From Bigelowiella natans CCMP2755 (lineage: Eukaryota > Protista > Cercozoa): 43,689 nucleotides of DNA. Location of the stretch: NCBI GenBank assembly GCA_000320545.1, contig ADNK01001432.1, positions 1 through 43,689 on the forward strand, written 5' to 3'. The position numbers were made by a program, and so were the translations under genes. Shown here piece by piece: positions 1-13,996 of the stretch. The notes under the pieces are model-generated. The model did no database searches, had not been told where the DNA came from, and saw nothing but the letters and a program-made list of their open reading frames with translations. The first letter of the stretch is position 1. Each line of letters opens with the position of its first letter.

Positions 1-114
1 CTTAACAGCGCGACTGCTGTAGTAGTACCAATGTCCACTGCTTGAGGTCAAGGATGGCAGGACACCCAGAAGTAATCGTCAGCTTTTCCCTAAGATGATG
101 ACGACGACGACGAC

Positions 115-147
<33 letters not shown>

Positions 148-162
148 AGCATTGGCGACGAT

Positions 163-201
<39 letters not shown>

Positions 202-1248
202 AGAGTGAGAGAGAGAGGGGGGGGTGGGGGGGTGGGGGGGTGGGGGAGAAAGAGGGATGAACAGAGGGGAGGGAGAGAGGGAGAGGGAGGAAAGGGAGCA
301 GTGTTCTTCATTTTTCCATCCTCTTCTTTCTTCTCTCTTCTTATCATAATTAAGCTCTCAGCGATCTAAGTTGTGTGCGTGCTTGCTGTATGTGCATCCA
401 TCCTAGTCGTTGCTTCTTCTGCTACTATTTGCTGCTGCTGCTGCTGCTGCACACCAAAATGGGGTGAGGGAGAGAAAGTAGACAAGACCGCACAGAGCCG
501 CGAAGACAAGCACCTCCTCAAATACTGTGGGGTCGTGCACAAACTTGCCCCTGATGGGCTGGGAGGTGATGATGATGATGATGATGATGATGACGATGAT
601 GATGATGAGAATGAAGGAGATTAAGATGATGATGATGATGATGATGATGATGAAAAGGAGAGACACAGAGTAATGAACATAGTAGTAGCTGAAGCAATGA
701 CAATTAGACCACGTCCGTGAGGTAGTACAAAGGATTAAGGTGGCTACAATCATTTGCATGGCTAGGGAAGGCTTGTTGGTGTGTTTGTGTGTGTGTGAGT
801 GTGTGTGTGTGTGCTTGTTTTCTCTTGCTGTAGTCTCCTCCTCCCCCTCCCCCCGTCTTCTTTTTCTTCTTGGTTCACTACCTTTTTGGTGCTGGAGGAG
901 TCACGAATGAAGTCATCGATTTCTCGCGACTAGAAGAAGAAAAATATGGTGATGGTGAAAGAGAAGATGAAAACTACAAGCACTACAGCAACCATAACAA
1001 AGATATATGCTGATAAAATATCAGCACCGTTGGTCAATTAATTGCGGACGTAATCGGTAGTCTCATTATCAACATCCATCGATGATGATGATGATGATGA
1101 TGATGATCTCTTCTCTTCTTCTTCTTCTTTTTGTTGTTCTCACCATATGGGTAGCTGTCTCCTGGGTGGGATAATCGTTCCAGAACATTCGCACACCAGA
1201 CGCTAGGCCCAACTCAACTCTGACAATCGTATGAGGAGGCAATATTAT

Positions 1249-1288
<40 letters not shown>

Positions 1289-2488
1289 TTTAACATTGCA
1301 GTACGTACATTTAAACCCCCCTCAAGTAGTAGTATTAACTTGTGGCTATATGATAAAGCTTGAATTGCTCTTAGAAACGAGGTAATGACCCGTAGTTTGA
1401 GGTAGCTTCAGCGTTCTCCTCCTCCTCAGCTCTCTTGCTGCCGAAACGACCCTTTCCCTTATGAATGTCGTCAATTTGAGATCATCAGGTGGTGGTAGGG
1501 AGATCGATGAGGATGAAAAGAGGAGCAGAAGGAGGAGCACGTGACACAACCAATACTGGGCAGGGATAGAGGCAAACCTGTTTCTTTCTGCCATCGTTTG
1601 GAGTTCGCACATGGGAAGTCAAGAGGTCGACCTTTGATAGGAACACCATTAGCATTGTCGCATGCATCACTCAGTTTTTTCGTCAGCATTTCATGCAGCA
1701 GCGCTTCGAGGGACGTGGGAGGTATGAGGTCGCGCGGGGGTGGGTATAGGAGATAAGAACGTGATGACGATGATGATAATGATGATGATGATGATGAAGT
1801 ATTTGATTTTGTTTTCAAGTGACATACCAGATTGAAGTCCTCCTTTATGGATGGCGAAGAGAAACTGCGCAACATTGTAGATTTTTATAAGATATAGGGA
1901 TGATTGTCACATTGATTGTGAGCATTATTTAGTGTTGGCGTACATGCTGAAGTAGCTCCATTGACCCTTGTCGTCAAGGTACTGAATGTTAGAAAATAAT
2001 AATACGCAAACTGATCTTGGGATCAACAGTAATTGGGTACGTTTTTTGCCATAAATCTGTAATTATACATCTTGGAGCTAACGAATCACGACGAGTTATG
2101 AAGTTGATGCGTTGTGTGTGTGCGTTCGTGTGTTGGCACCGAAACAAACTGGCATTCATGGGTCTTGCCGGCAGGTACTGGCCGTTCACACTCTAAGCGC
2201 ACAGCGTCGGTGTCTAGATACACCGCTAGGAGAATCAGTGGAAGACACAGGAACGTGTACAATATCCTGAGAAGCAAACAGCAGCAGCAGCATGTATGCT
2301 GATAATTGGCGACGTATAGAGAGGAGCGGAGAGGAGAGGGGAATGGCGGGTATCTAAAACAATCTGGAAGCTAGCTCGCTCAATCTAACTTCCAATTGTA
2401 TCTCAGAGGAAATTTTGAACAGACTCTCAGTGAATTGTGGCCGCCTTTTCTTTTTTCCTCGAGGTCGAAGGGGTAGCAGTAGTATCAT
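1..2488 (-). CDS. Multi-exon predicted membrane protein of unknown function; 3' end at or beyond the window edge; start uncertain
   Basis: Coding-like islands between microsatellite-filled introns: ~2138-2298 HTCCCCLLLRILYTFLCLPLILLAVYLDTDAVRLECERP..CQFVS; ~1578-1752 YPPPRDLIPP..RWQKET; ~1144-1228 VRVELGLASGVRMFWND; ~455-563 PIRGKFVHDPTVFEEVLVFAALCGLVYFLSL; ~2-91 EKLTITSGCPAILDLKQW. Several hydrophobic segments. No family recognised. Confidence 0.5.
95..295. repeat. Compound microsatellite: (GAT)n, (CA)n, (GA)n and G-runs; intronic
   Basis: Directly visible. Confidence 0.95.
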
Positions 2489-3178
2489 GGTAGTTGTAGC
2501 ATTGACAGGGTGCATCTACAGGACGACACACAAAGCCGCTCCATTCTTTCCACGCTCCCTCAACAAGCTAGAAACTACCTGGACAAATCTTTACGCGTAG
2601 TAGTTTTGGATTTATTCTCCCCCATGCTGCACCAATTACGGGATTGCAGTGCCGTACGAGAGGGGCGGGGCGATGATCGGAGGAAAATGAGTTTGTCGCA
2701 CATTGCGAACCCCCATCATTTCTCTTATAATTTGCTATTAATATAATTTGAAACGATTCCAGCAAAATTTGATGTCGCTGAATAAAATCCATGCTGAATT
2801 TTCATCTTGAGTCAAAACAGATTAATTTCGACTGAAAAATCATGTCGCAATCGTTAGACAACCTATATTAGAAGACAGCCTTCATGACCGGAGATATGAG
2901 CGGAATAATTCTCCGAAATGGCGTCTGGCAGCTCACATGAAGAGAAAGCGAAGGTACCGCCTTCCATCCCCACGGTTAAAAATATATTTCATGAAACCGT
3001 TCGATAATTTGAATGTATTTGAATATCTGAATCTTAAATCATTCTTTTCCCCTGCACCTCGATAGTACTTAATTGTATATCAACACTCCTCATGGTCGGA
3101 AGTGCATGATGATTTTTGGAAGAGATTACACATACATGCCGTTTTTCCATGGACTGATACATACAGGATACCGATAGA

Positions 3179-3831
3179 ATGGCAGTAGAGAATACGGGAG
3201 ATGATAAGAACTTGGTAAAGCTGACAGCATCCATATCAGCAACGAAGAGAATATGGAAGCAACGACCAATTAAAAGGTAGGCCCACCAGATTAGTCAATA
3301 ATAGAAATGCACTATGCAATTGTTTTCTTAAAATTTAGAGGAGATTCGAGCTGAAGTCGTAAATATTGTTACTATTGCCAGAACATCGGCCGATAAGCGG
3401 AAAAATAGAGCATCGGAGTGGGAAAAAAGGAAGCGTAAGCGCGAATTAACACGGGAAACTAAAAGGAAGCAGGCCCTCTACATTTCGAAAATAAAAGCAG
3501 AAAGAGCGGTGAGTGAGATTCGTAATTGTTTCTGAGAAATATAAGAGAAGTAACCCAAAAAATATGTGTTTGCACGGTCCAACCTCAAAATGCTTACACA
3601 CGCTCCATTGCGCAGCCACACGGGCACAGATAGAATACGTAATATGTACACGTATGCGTGTTCGTAATGTATGCATAAACATCATTTCAGGAGGAGCGGA
3701 GAAAGCGAGAACAGAGACGAAAGTATAAAGAAGAACAGCAACGGAAAAACGAGATTGTGCAAGTAATCAAGGACCCTATGAAAATTAAAAAAATGAAGAA
3801 GAAACACTTGCGATTCATCCAAAAGAGATGA
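3179..3831 (+). CDS. CCDC86: CCDC86/Cgr1-like nucleolar coiled-coil protein (3 exons: 3179-3276, 3382-3508, 3691-3831)
   Basis: GT-AG spliced frame gives MAVENTGDD..KRIWKQRPIKR-TSADKRKNRASEWEKRKRKRE..KAERA-EERRKREQRRKYKEEQQRKNEIVQVIKDPMKIKKMKKKHLRFIQKR*. This matches the RxWK, SWxKK and E[IV]VQVI.NP.K.K..KKK.LR.I.KR motifs of CCDC86/Cgr1. Absent from the ORF track. Confidence 0.85.
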
Positions 3832-4382
3832 TAGGGAAAAATGATTGTACGATTATAGTTGCGAAATATGTGGTGTAGAATCGACGTATGTATTGCATGC
3901 CTGTGTTATGATAATACAATCCTCACGAGAGTCGGTAGCTTGTCGATCACACGTCATGCATGTGGCCTATGATTAGTTTATCTACTCTAGCATATACAAG
4001 ATAGCGTACCACCGCTATCAGGAGATGTGTGACATGGCATACTTTTCGCTTTCAAAGAAATACGAAGTTACATGCAATACATAACACCATGTGTGCTGCT
4101 CAGTCCGCGCGTAATAACTCATTGTTCAAATGCGCAATGAGTCCGTGCTTCCTCGATGCAATGGCTGCAGCTATGTATCTTTTAAGTATTACACATCATG
4201 CATTTTACATAATAATCTGACGTGCTTACGTGCACGTGTACAATTGGTAGATATACGGTGCGTACTACAGCGAAAATTTCAGTCACCATCATGTGGTCCA
4301 TCGTGGATGCTTATAATTTAGCCTACACGCTAGTAGCAGTGCAGCATAGCGAGATAATGGCTGCAAAACGTCATCGGTTTCT

Positions 4383-6890
4383 TTACTTCTTCTCAATAGA
4401 ATCAGAGTCATCTTCTTCCTTTATCGCAGTTGCTTCATTTAACTCATCATTAATAAAATTCTGCGTTAATAGTTCAAAGAGCACAATTAGATCAGTGAGG
4501 TTACTCGGTGACAGCCACCAACAGGCAATCTTACACGGAAGTACCAATATTTCCGAAGATAGGCCATTAGCTTCAACTAATAGGTTCTCTCGAAATTCAT
4601 CTCTGCAACAAAGCAGCAGGGTGAATCATGGATGATGATGTAAGGGTTTTATGACAAATTATTTTACTTAAACTGGGCGACTCTTGAAGGGACGAGAAGG
4701 TCCAACGGGTTTTCAAACAAAACGTCCTTTGTCAAATAGTGACAACGAAGGCAATTTCAGGCCGTTAGGTTATCGCTTCTTCACCAATAAGATTACTGCA
4801 CGGTGGCTAGCTACCTGTGCGCAAGGTGTGACATGTGTCCCCGTGAGTACTTTTTGCACGTAGGGAACCTTCTCCTCTCCTTCGCTAAAAATGCTGCTTA
4901 TTATCTCCGTTTCCTGGTCAAATTAGAGTGAGCAAAGATGAGTCATTTATCGTTTAATTTTCTCTGAAGGCGCACTCGTAGTGCTCCTCTTACGTCGATT
5001 GAATCGTCCTCAAACTTCACCAAAAGAGTAGATAGAACACCGTACCCAGCCTTCGCGCCCTAGGAGGAGTTCATTTCGTTATGATTTAAGGGTCAAGAAT
5101 CATGCGGCTATTAAATGCTTTGCCGACCACCATCGCCGCTACCTGTTGGATTTCAGGCGTTGTGGGAGTGAACTCCGACACACCGTCAGCTATCTTCTCG
5201 AACAAACCGGGGAGCTGGTCAAGCGGGGAAAGGCCCTGCTGCAGGAACGGCAGAATCTCATTGCTGTAGATCGGTGGAAGCAATCCTGGCGCAAGAGCAA
5301 AAACGACCCAGTTGTGTGAGACCCCAGAGGTACAAAGAATCCTGATACTACTACTACTACTACAACAACAACAACAACTACTGCTACTACTACTACTGCC
5401 GGCTTTTAATCAGTAGGATGAGCTACTACCTGTCTTTCCTAGGGATTCCGCATTGCGAAGAAAGAACTGAACCTCTTCTATAGCTGAGCGCAGCACCGGG
5501 CCTTGGCTACTACTAGACCTACCCGTCAGCTGCAGCGCAAGGGGTGTTACCTGCAGTATTTAAGCGGAAAACGATGTCATCACATGTGGCGTTGTCTTCC
5601 ACGCAAACAGGCGACTCAAAATAGCCACAACAATCGTTTTTGAATCCTCCATTGAAGGTACAAGGAGGAAGGCGGCATGGCTACCAGCTGCTCGAATGCC
5701 GGGATTGCATCTTTCACAGGCTTATTATTGAATGAAACAAGGATGTTCGCCTTTCGCTCGAAGCTCTCTTGCCTGCATAGATTTATACATTGACCATCGG
5801 TGCGAAGCTCAGTTGTGAATAAGACGCGAAGAGAATGGTGATGGGACTTACTCTGTTAGATTTGTTGAAAGGAGAACGTTGAGAAGTGAGCCACAGCTAT
5901 GGCCCATTCCGATCACAGGCTGAACACCATACTCTGAAACAGAATGAGAGGGAAGCATGAGCGTGAATGGCTTCTTGGTCATTCTCTTCATCGGAAGCAG
6001 CAGTAGCAGCAGCCTGTACCTTGGGATAGAGAGCTGTACACAAGGTTATTCTCCGCGATTATGGATCGGCAAGTGGACAAGTAGTCGAAGTCCAGCTGGT
6101 AGGGTGTGGCGACTACAACGTGGCCTTGAGCTGAGAGACTCTCTAGGATATATCTATACCACTGAGAATGCAACAAGAAGATGCAGTACGATGTGTGTGA
6201 ATGAACCGTGACACTTAAAAAAAAAAAATCATCTGCAGATCACTGCTGCACAATTTTGACGTATTTTGTCCGCTACCTGTTGTGGTGCTGCACCAACGAA
6301 AGCACCTCCGAGGAAGAAGATGAAGCTCTTTGGGGTTCCCTCCGGCCTGAAAATATTCATTCGAACAATTAGGTTGCCATCTTGGAAGAGCTGTGCTTCT
6401 TCCTCGCCATCTTGCACCTCAATATGTAGGATTCGCTAATTTTGCTCCATTTCCCGTTGATTCCAATTCCAGTGAAAATGTTCTGCAAGGATGATCGATC
6501 CCTCCCGAGAGAGGACCTATATTCATACGAGGTGAAATTGAGTTCCAGGGGGGCTCAACATGGGATGTTTGTAAAACGTGTGTTCTATCCATACCTTGTG
6601 GTGAAGCGACCTCTACCTCCTGAATTTGGGGGTCTCTGGAACATCATCCTCGCATGTTCATGAACCTGCTTCCCAAAAGCGAAGTTCTTCGAATCCGAAC
6701 CACGCCGATTATACATTGATGAGTGCATTAGTCCGGAGCCGCCTCGGCTTCGGCGGGCATTCGTAGCGAGCACTTGCGTGATTTTACTCCTCGAAGAATC
6801 CTTAAGCTCCACGTAGTACAAGAACACTCCCGCGATGGTAAGGCATATTGCCAGAAGGAGAGGCGGATGAATGACCCGTGGCAGCTGCAT
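4383..6890 (-). CDS. DUF1350-family alpha/beta hydrolase with N-terminal hydrophobic plus basic (plastid-targeting-like) extension; multi-exon
   Basis: Spliced motifs FFLGGAFVGAAPQQ, YILESLSAQGHVVVATPYQLDFDY, GMGHSCG (nucleophile elbow), NILVSFNN, SEFTPT, LLVKFEDDSID, GTHVTP; ends EEDDSDSIEKK*. N-terminus MQLPRVIHPPLLLAICLTIAGVFLYYV followed by an S/R-rich stretch. An alternative in-frame ATG lies at 6977. Confidence 0.85.
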
Positions 6891-7243
6891 CTGGGAGGAG
6901 AAGAGGAGTGCTGGCCACGAATGTAGGAGAAGAGGTTCGACCTTCGAACAACAAACACTTTGAAGGACGCTTAGCATAAATGCCCTTCATTTTTGTTTGA
7001 AATGATTCATTTTTGTCGGTCGCCAGGATGATCTTTCGGCATGTGATACCCAGGCCAATTTCGTACTACGACAAGCAGTAGAATCACCGATGTCGCTGTG
7101 GTGAAAGCGAGTACGACTGAGTCGGTTACCAAAAGAGATACACACACACTTGGCCTAAGGAATCAATCGCTCGTGAAGTGGACACAAAGGCGGAGGAGGC
7201 GTTCCCCTCCCCCAGCCATCTCTCAGCCCTACCAAGTCGCAAC

Positions 7244-8493
7244 ATGCTCCCTTTACAGATATCGCGGGGAAAACAACCGCGTTTCTGCAAGGGTCGGGTT
7301 TATTCGTTGGTTGGCCTGTCGCTACTGGTAATATATATTGCAGCAGTCTCTCGGCCATCTGCACAGGATCAACAGCAGCATTTGGGCTCTTCTTATTTTT
7401 CTTGCTGCTCAAGACGGAATTATGCCGAGTTGCTCGAAGATATTCCCCAATGCTGCTCCGGTCAGACGTACGCCAAGCTCTTTTCAGATTCAACTCGCGA
7501 AGTTGCAAGGGAGCAAACGGAAGAGGTTCGTGGATGGAAGGGCGAGGTTCGTCGATGCTTCGAAGAGACAGCAGGACGAGAGGCCATGAAGCAGCTAAAC
7601 GATAAATATGCGTTAAATAGTGCTCGCTTGTCGCACATTATATACGGAGATGAATTTGGCGAAAAGGAGATGACGCAGCATGACACTTCGAATCTGACCA
7701 GCCCTGAAGGCTTGGCCATCATTTATGCGAACAATCCAAGTGGCGCACACGTGCCCCTGTTCACGATAAGCAAGGCAGAGAATACCCTGTTTCTAACGTT
7801 TAGGGGCACCAAAACCATTATTGACTGGCTGATTGACTTTGGTGCGGGTAGGCGATGGCTTGATGAGTTGGGTGTTTATTGCCATGGAGGCATGTGCAAC
7901 ATCCTCTGTGACGGCAGTAAATCCGACACTTTGAACCATATATCACAGAAAATACTCAACGAACTTGAAAATACAGAAGTTATTGATACATTGGTGGTGA
8001 CTGGGCATTCCTTGGGTGGGGGATACGCCCTGATCGCTGCTGCATGTTTCCTGGGAGAAAACAGATTCCAGACATTGAGAAGTAGGCTGAAGGGAAACAT
8101 ACTTCTTCGTACATTCGGTGCACCACAAGCCATGGGTGTACCTGAATACAGCATTAAAAAACCCTGGTGGAGAGAACTTCAGAGAAACGCAGTTAACTAT
8201 GTTTACAATGACGATCTTGTCCCTCGGCTTTCAACTCCATCCTGGATCCTGGGGGTAGTAATAGCAAATCGTTGATCACATGATACGCCATCGCCTTCAC
8301 CTCTGTTTTTCGCCAACATACCACCAGACGATTCCTGACATAGCGATCGACCGAATGAAAAGGCATGGCACTGTTCTTCTTCTAATGGAATGGATGGTAC
8401 AAACCAATACACCCTTGACAAATGAGCAACCGGTCGCAATTATCGATCGTCTGGATTTGACTAGGCGCCTTATGTTTTCAATATCCTGATGTA

Positions 8494-8533
<40 letters not shown>

Positions 8534-10023
8534 TGTGTAGCTGGCGCTCAGGCCTGAAAATGTAGTTTCTTGGGCAAGGAACGCATTAATGAAGCACAAG
8601 ACTCTTTACTTTTCTTTTCAGCCTGTGGGAAGAGTCGTGTTTCTCTCCCAGAGCAAAATAGATAATCCTCAGGTAGGTATAACGTTGCTTTACCAGCGTG
8701 CTGAAAAGTCATTTTTATAATTATGTGGTGAAATACACCTGATGGTCGTTTGTTCAATGTGCAGGTTCTTCCAGGATTTCTTCCGAAAGACTCTGACCTT
8801 CATGTGTTTCTTGCTGCTGGAAGGGGAACATTCAAAACAGGGTGTTTGCCTGGCAAGGTATTAGATGCGAAGGATGTGTTAGGATGGTTTCCTTACCAAC
8901 CCGACAGCGTCATTCGAGATCATTTCCCTGGTCTCTATGTTCAAGCCATCGAGCTCTACGATAAATGGATTACTGAATCGACGAATCTGCATGTAAGAAC
9001 GCCTTGTCTTTGTGTCTCTCATGCCGCCTCTCGCAAGGCTTATGCTATGACAAATCCGTCCAGGTGAATGTGTCCTACGGCAAGCTCAACAATATTATCA
9101 AGATGCAAGCCGGGCGGTATTTTAAAGAGGATTTCGTGCTGCAAGGAGCATCTGCACGAGTGCTGTATTTCAAAATCATAAACGATGGCGACTGGGGTAT
9201 CAGCGCTAATAACCTAGGTGACAATGATTCCAAATCACCAAAAATCGATATATTGAGCTTATGTTTATTTCGGGTTAGGTGGGAGATATGATATGTGCAA
9301 TGCTACCGTGACCCAATCCATTCCTAAGCAGAAGCTCGATGACAGCAATTTGATGTCGTTTTCGCAAATGGAATACAATATCAAGCGTACGGTGTCTTTT
9401 ATAGTAGACAAGAAGAAGCCGTATTTTTTCGACTCCTTCAAGGTTAATAGTGGCGATTTGATCGAGGTAGTAATTCAACCAAGAAGGAAGACCAATATCA
9501 GCCTTATTGCTGGAATGAGAAACTTCGTATGCGACTTCGAACCATATCCTAATGATGTCCTCATGGAGCAAGATGACAAGAAGTTACAGGTACATAAGCC
9601 TCTCTAAAATAGTTTTAATGCTGGTCCATAATCTTTTATAATAATCAGGAAATCTTTCGCACGTTCTCCAAAGGCGAATCCGCTATTGATCTACACAGTG
9701 ATGAGTTTGAAGAATTATTTATGGCCTTTTATCCCGATCCGAACGATTACAAATTCATTGTGTCCAAGGCTCGACGAGCAGGTCAACTCCATGGCTGTCC
9801 TAAATGCGGCAATGAAGTCCTAGGTGGAACTACAGCAGAGTATGAAGATTTTAAAAATTATCTTCTGCGCCTCCGTGATGGCCCAGCACTGCCGAAGAAT
9901 GTGTCGATTTGGATAGAGAAAGTCATGGGTAAACGCTACCGTGATCTATTCTATGGCACGACTACTGGTGCTAAGGCTGACCACGAGCCACCACGAAGAA
10001 GGATTTTACGATGGCGACTGTAG
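7244..10023 (+). CDS. Class 3 lipase (Lipase_3) with N-terminal membrane anchor and long C-terminal extension; multi-exon
   Basis: Motifs LTFRGT..IIDW, HGG, VVTGHSLGGG (catalytic Ser), TFGAP, YVYNDDLVPRL (Asp), and DHFPGLY (likely catalytic His) in a later exon. Further exons run to the stop at 10021-10023. Confidence 0.85.
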
Positions 10024-10820
10024 TCATACTACCATACTGATATACTACACATGACTATCTATGTGTATCTAGATGCTGTGCAAAATAACACAGCAGTCAT
10101 CCAGTATACCAGCGTCTAGCGCTTGATTTAAAATATAGATTTTGGTGCGGATCAGATCAAATGATTGACGGTGCAGCACTTGCGTGCGGCCGTAGCGTGT
10201 GAGTGCATTAGATTTGTTCCAGCTGACAGTACCGCGCAACAGTGGGATATATAGCGTACGGCTTGGTAATTGCTTGAGATGCATGTCAGAAAGACGGATA
10301 CGATGTAATGAATCAAATCAAATTTGTTCAATGGTCATCCTCATGTACGTAGCTGTGCAATAATGCGTGTGTTATGCATTTTAGTATGTGTATGCGTATG
10401 CAACGAGTCATAAACAATATACGAAAATTCAAGTAGGTAAATGGCTACGTACGGATTGATACATCCGCGTCGTCATCAGTTAGCGTAGCCCTGCTCCTGC
10501 GCCGCATATGTCCGTGCAGTCGCATAAATAATGATCTGCACGGTATATGTAGTGGTATTTTTTTTTTTTTTAAATAAACCACCGCTGATGTATAGATGAG
10601 ATGATGCGATGCGATGTGCGTGCGTGTCGTGTACGTACATGGCGATGCATGCATGATGCAAGTATACAAGCTGTGACGATGCGTGCATTAGTAAGTAAGC
10701 GATGCGCACGCGGTAGCGCGTGAACTAATTACGCTATGCGGCTGATGAACGATACAGCTTGCATAGACTATGACAAACAACACATAGACGACATCTTACA
10801 ATATTTTTAGCTGTGTTTAT

Positions 10821-10862
<42 letters not shown>

Positions 10863-11666
10863 CACATAAGCTAGAAATTTTTGATTTTTTGTTCCATTTA
10901 TTACTACTTTTTTGGCGATCGGTAAGTTGCTCATTACGCTTAAATTTTTCATTTTATTTACTCCTCTTCTAATATTGCTGGGTGATTGCAAATTAGAGCG
11001 ATTATTTTCCACGTTTTTTCTCACATTTACCATGATCCGACTTCCCATTGTTAGCAGATCAGAGGACAGCTTCTTTGAACTTAAGATGTTTCTCGGAGAG
11101 AATATGCTCCTTGATAACGCTATTGTGAGTAAAGGGGCAAAACCATTCCTCAATAGCGTTCACTGCTGGAAACGACTTCAATCTTCTTCTATATAGCCTT
11201 TCGAGCCACTCAGTACAAAATTTGGTATTGTAGGCGTTAAAGTGAGCAAAGGGATTTTCCGATTATAACAATCTTTCCATTGAGTTTCGGTGAAAAGATA
11301 TTATTGAAGATTGAGAACCCAATGTTCGTATGTATAGGTCCAGTATTTGCAGTGCAAAGCAATATTTACTGTACTAGAAACATGTTTCGATGATGATATA
11401 ACAAACAGATGATTCGTGTATAACTCGTAACTTCCGCTCGTAATATGATATCGAAAAATGAAGATGAAAATAGTTTAAGAAAATGTGAGAGATGCCAAAA
11501 ATTACGATAAAGGGGCTTAAGAGAAAGGTAGGAAAGACGGATTTTCTCTACCAATTAATCAATCCAATGGTTTGTGTGTGCCCAAAAAATAAATGCTTCA
11601 AATTATCATATATCATTATGTTTTCCTTGTTGGAAGAATCAAAGAAAGATGGTGAGCTGTTCTCGC

Positions 11667-13621
11667 TCATGCTTTGGACATCATCCTGAGCACGTCGAAG
11701 TCATTATGAATTTCAAAGTCTTCGGTGAAGTGCAATTGGACGCTGTGTTGATCCTTGGTCGCTTCCCACATCACATTAGTAGTCCTTGGACTTTGCACGA
11801 CGAGGAAAGGGAGGTGAATTTCATTCTCCGCCTTCCGTCGCTTCGAGTTCCTATTTCGATCCAACAAAGTTTTTGTGCGCGCAAATTGAAGGGCATCTTC
11901 ATCGTACAATTTACGCTTCTCGGCCACGCGCTGGTGGATTTGTGCTATCTGGTCACGAAGACTAGTTTCCCGAGACTTGAAATCAGACTGAAGCCGCTTC
12001 TCCTGAAGCCTTTTAGGAGTCTCCTTCACATTAGCCGATGTAACCGCCTCCTTATTATTCTGACCTGGGGGCTGGAAACATGACATTTTATTTGTGAAAT
12101 CACCGTTATTATCATTGTTTTTGGTAGGCAGCTCGCCTTCTGCTAGCGCAATATCCTCGCTAAAGCAACCGGTCCATTCGATCTCCTGCTTGGCACGCGT
12201 CACCAGACCAAGAGCGAGCAGCACATTTAGGGTGTCGTAAATCCGCCGGCGAATTGATTTCTCACTCTCCTCGTAGCCTCCTCCGTCTGCCTTGAAGCTG
12301 CGGAAGAGAGTAGCAATCATCTCCTCTTGCGTGGTCTTTCGCATTACAGAGAGTGTCTCGCATATCTTGTTGCTCAGATATTTGAGACCCTTGGTGCTTT
12401 TCGGCTTCGAAGGTGATAGAAAAGATGCTGTTCCACGCCGTCTGCTGCGCGGGGGTGATGCGAAGGAGGGGTGTGGTTTGATGCTCGTTGGTGCACGATG
12501 GCGGTGTGCACTTGCTTTACTGGCGAATGGGCGCACAGCCTTGGGAGCCCTTAGCGCTTTCGGGGCCAGAAGTTTCAACTGCGCTTTTGTATTACCGACA
12601 ATTTCCTGCTTCGCCCTCGGTGTACTTTGTTTTTCCTCTTTCTGCTTTTGATTTCGACCCTTATGGCGGCGGGCGGTTGCGCCGACAAAAGCTGTAGGAG
12701 AAGGGTTCGGTCTGAGCTTCCTGTCTGCCTCTTCCTCGAGCTTGTTGGCTGGAGAACGGCGTTTTGGCGGAGATGCGGCCTTTACAGTGGCCAAAATCCC
12801 AGCCGCGAATCTCATGTTAGGGGAGGGCCGAATGATCATTTTCGCCTTGGGCATGAAAGGCTTGAACTGGAAGGGCTCCTGGGAAAATTCGAAGCACAAC
12901 GAGAATTAGTCACTCAGCATAAAATAGTTATAACACAGGAAGGTGTAACGTTGAAATAAGGGGAAACTAGAATGTGAAAGGAAATCATATAAACGAAGAA
13001 GCGGTACCGGAGGCACAAGAGAATTTGGGATTGAACGTTCGTCATCGTCAGATTCAGAGTCGGGGAGAATAGCAGTCGTGGAGATTGACCGAGTTATTCT
13101 CCTTGGATGTCTCGCTGGACTCAAAGGTAGAGTAGAATTTGTGTCGCGCCCGCTATTTCGAGAAACGGACCTGAAGAAGTCTGGAAAAGCGCTTGAATTG
13201 CGATTCTCCTCGCTTTGCATTGTTAGCGGGCAAGATAGAGAACGGCGAAGAGGGACAACAGGAGTATCTGCTGAGAAAATGAAATTTTTCGACGTTGAGG
13301 TGCGGCAGATGTTGAACATTGCTAGCGACTCTTCATCGTCGTCACTGAGGAAATAAACGATAGGTTAGGTTCACATTGGAAATATTCATAGAAGAAATTC
13401 CATTCTTTATTACCTTAGACACTCAGAAACGCTATGAGGGCGCTCGTGGTGGATTATTTCGTGAAGCTCGGAAAACATATCACTCTTTCCCAGGAACCCA
13501 TCTCCCTGTGACATCGGAATCAGCATCAGAGAATGATTAAGTTTTAAAATTTTACGACTCAAATATCAAACAAGTTTTAAGGTACCAAGTTGAGATCTGA
13601 AGAAAATTCATGAGAAGCCAT
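11667..13621 (-). CDS. DP: DP (E2F dimerisation partner) transcription factor; about 4 exons
   Basis: Winged-helix KGLKYLSNKICE..KSIRRRIYDTLNVLLALGLV..KQEIEWTG, plus DP dimerisation domain IHLPFLVV..LHFTEDFEIHNDFDVLRMM. Upstream exons splice in frame: MASHEFSSDLNL / GDGFLGKS..ECLS / DDDEESLAMFNIC..PP / EPFQFK. Confidence 0.9.
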
Positions 13622-13975
13622 TCTAGTTTAATCCTTGTAGACCCTCAATGCAGTTCCTCACGTTCACCTCGATTTTTCTTGCGACGGCTACTGTCTTTAT
13701 GCTCAAGAGGGATAGGAAAAATATGCTAATTCGGCCCCACTGCCGGGTAGCCCATTTGTTGAGTGATAGAATAGATTCCAGGGAGGTCGTGCTACAGGCC
13801 AATGATTAGGAGCCGTGCGAGTCAACCTATAAGAATAGATTTCCAGGATTGGTATATGGGGAGGAAATGATTCTTTGAACTTACATATCTTGTCGTAAAG
13901 TTTAATCAGCATTCATTGATATCATTATTAAAAATTAAATTGATTTCATTGTCAAAAATTAGGTCTAATGATGTT

Positions 13976-13996
13976 GCGCGCGAATTTGGCGCCAAA
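13976..13996. promoter_or_regulatory. Putative E2F/DP binding sites: GCGCGCGAA adjacent to the palindrome TTTGGCGCCAAA
   Basis: Match to the TTTSSCGC consensus on both strands, about 360 bp upstream of the DP start. Further E2F-like matches TTTGGCGG (14349-14356) and TTTCGCGC (14372-14379). Confidence 0.55.

Noticed and set aside
2-760. ORFs with poly-H/D/I/S and CV repeats (also throughout 27800-31400 and 37700-43200)
   Set aside because: Translations of intronic microsatellites, not real proteins.
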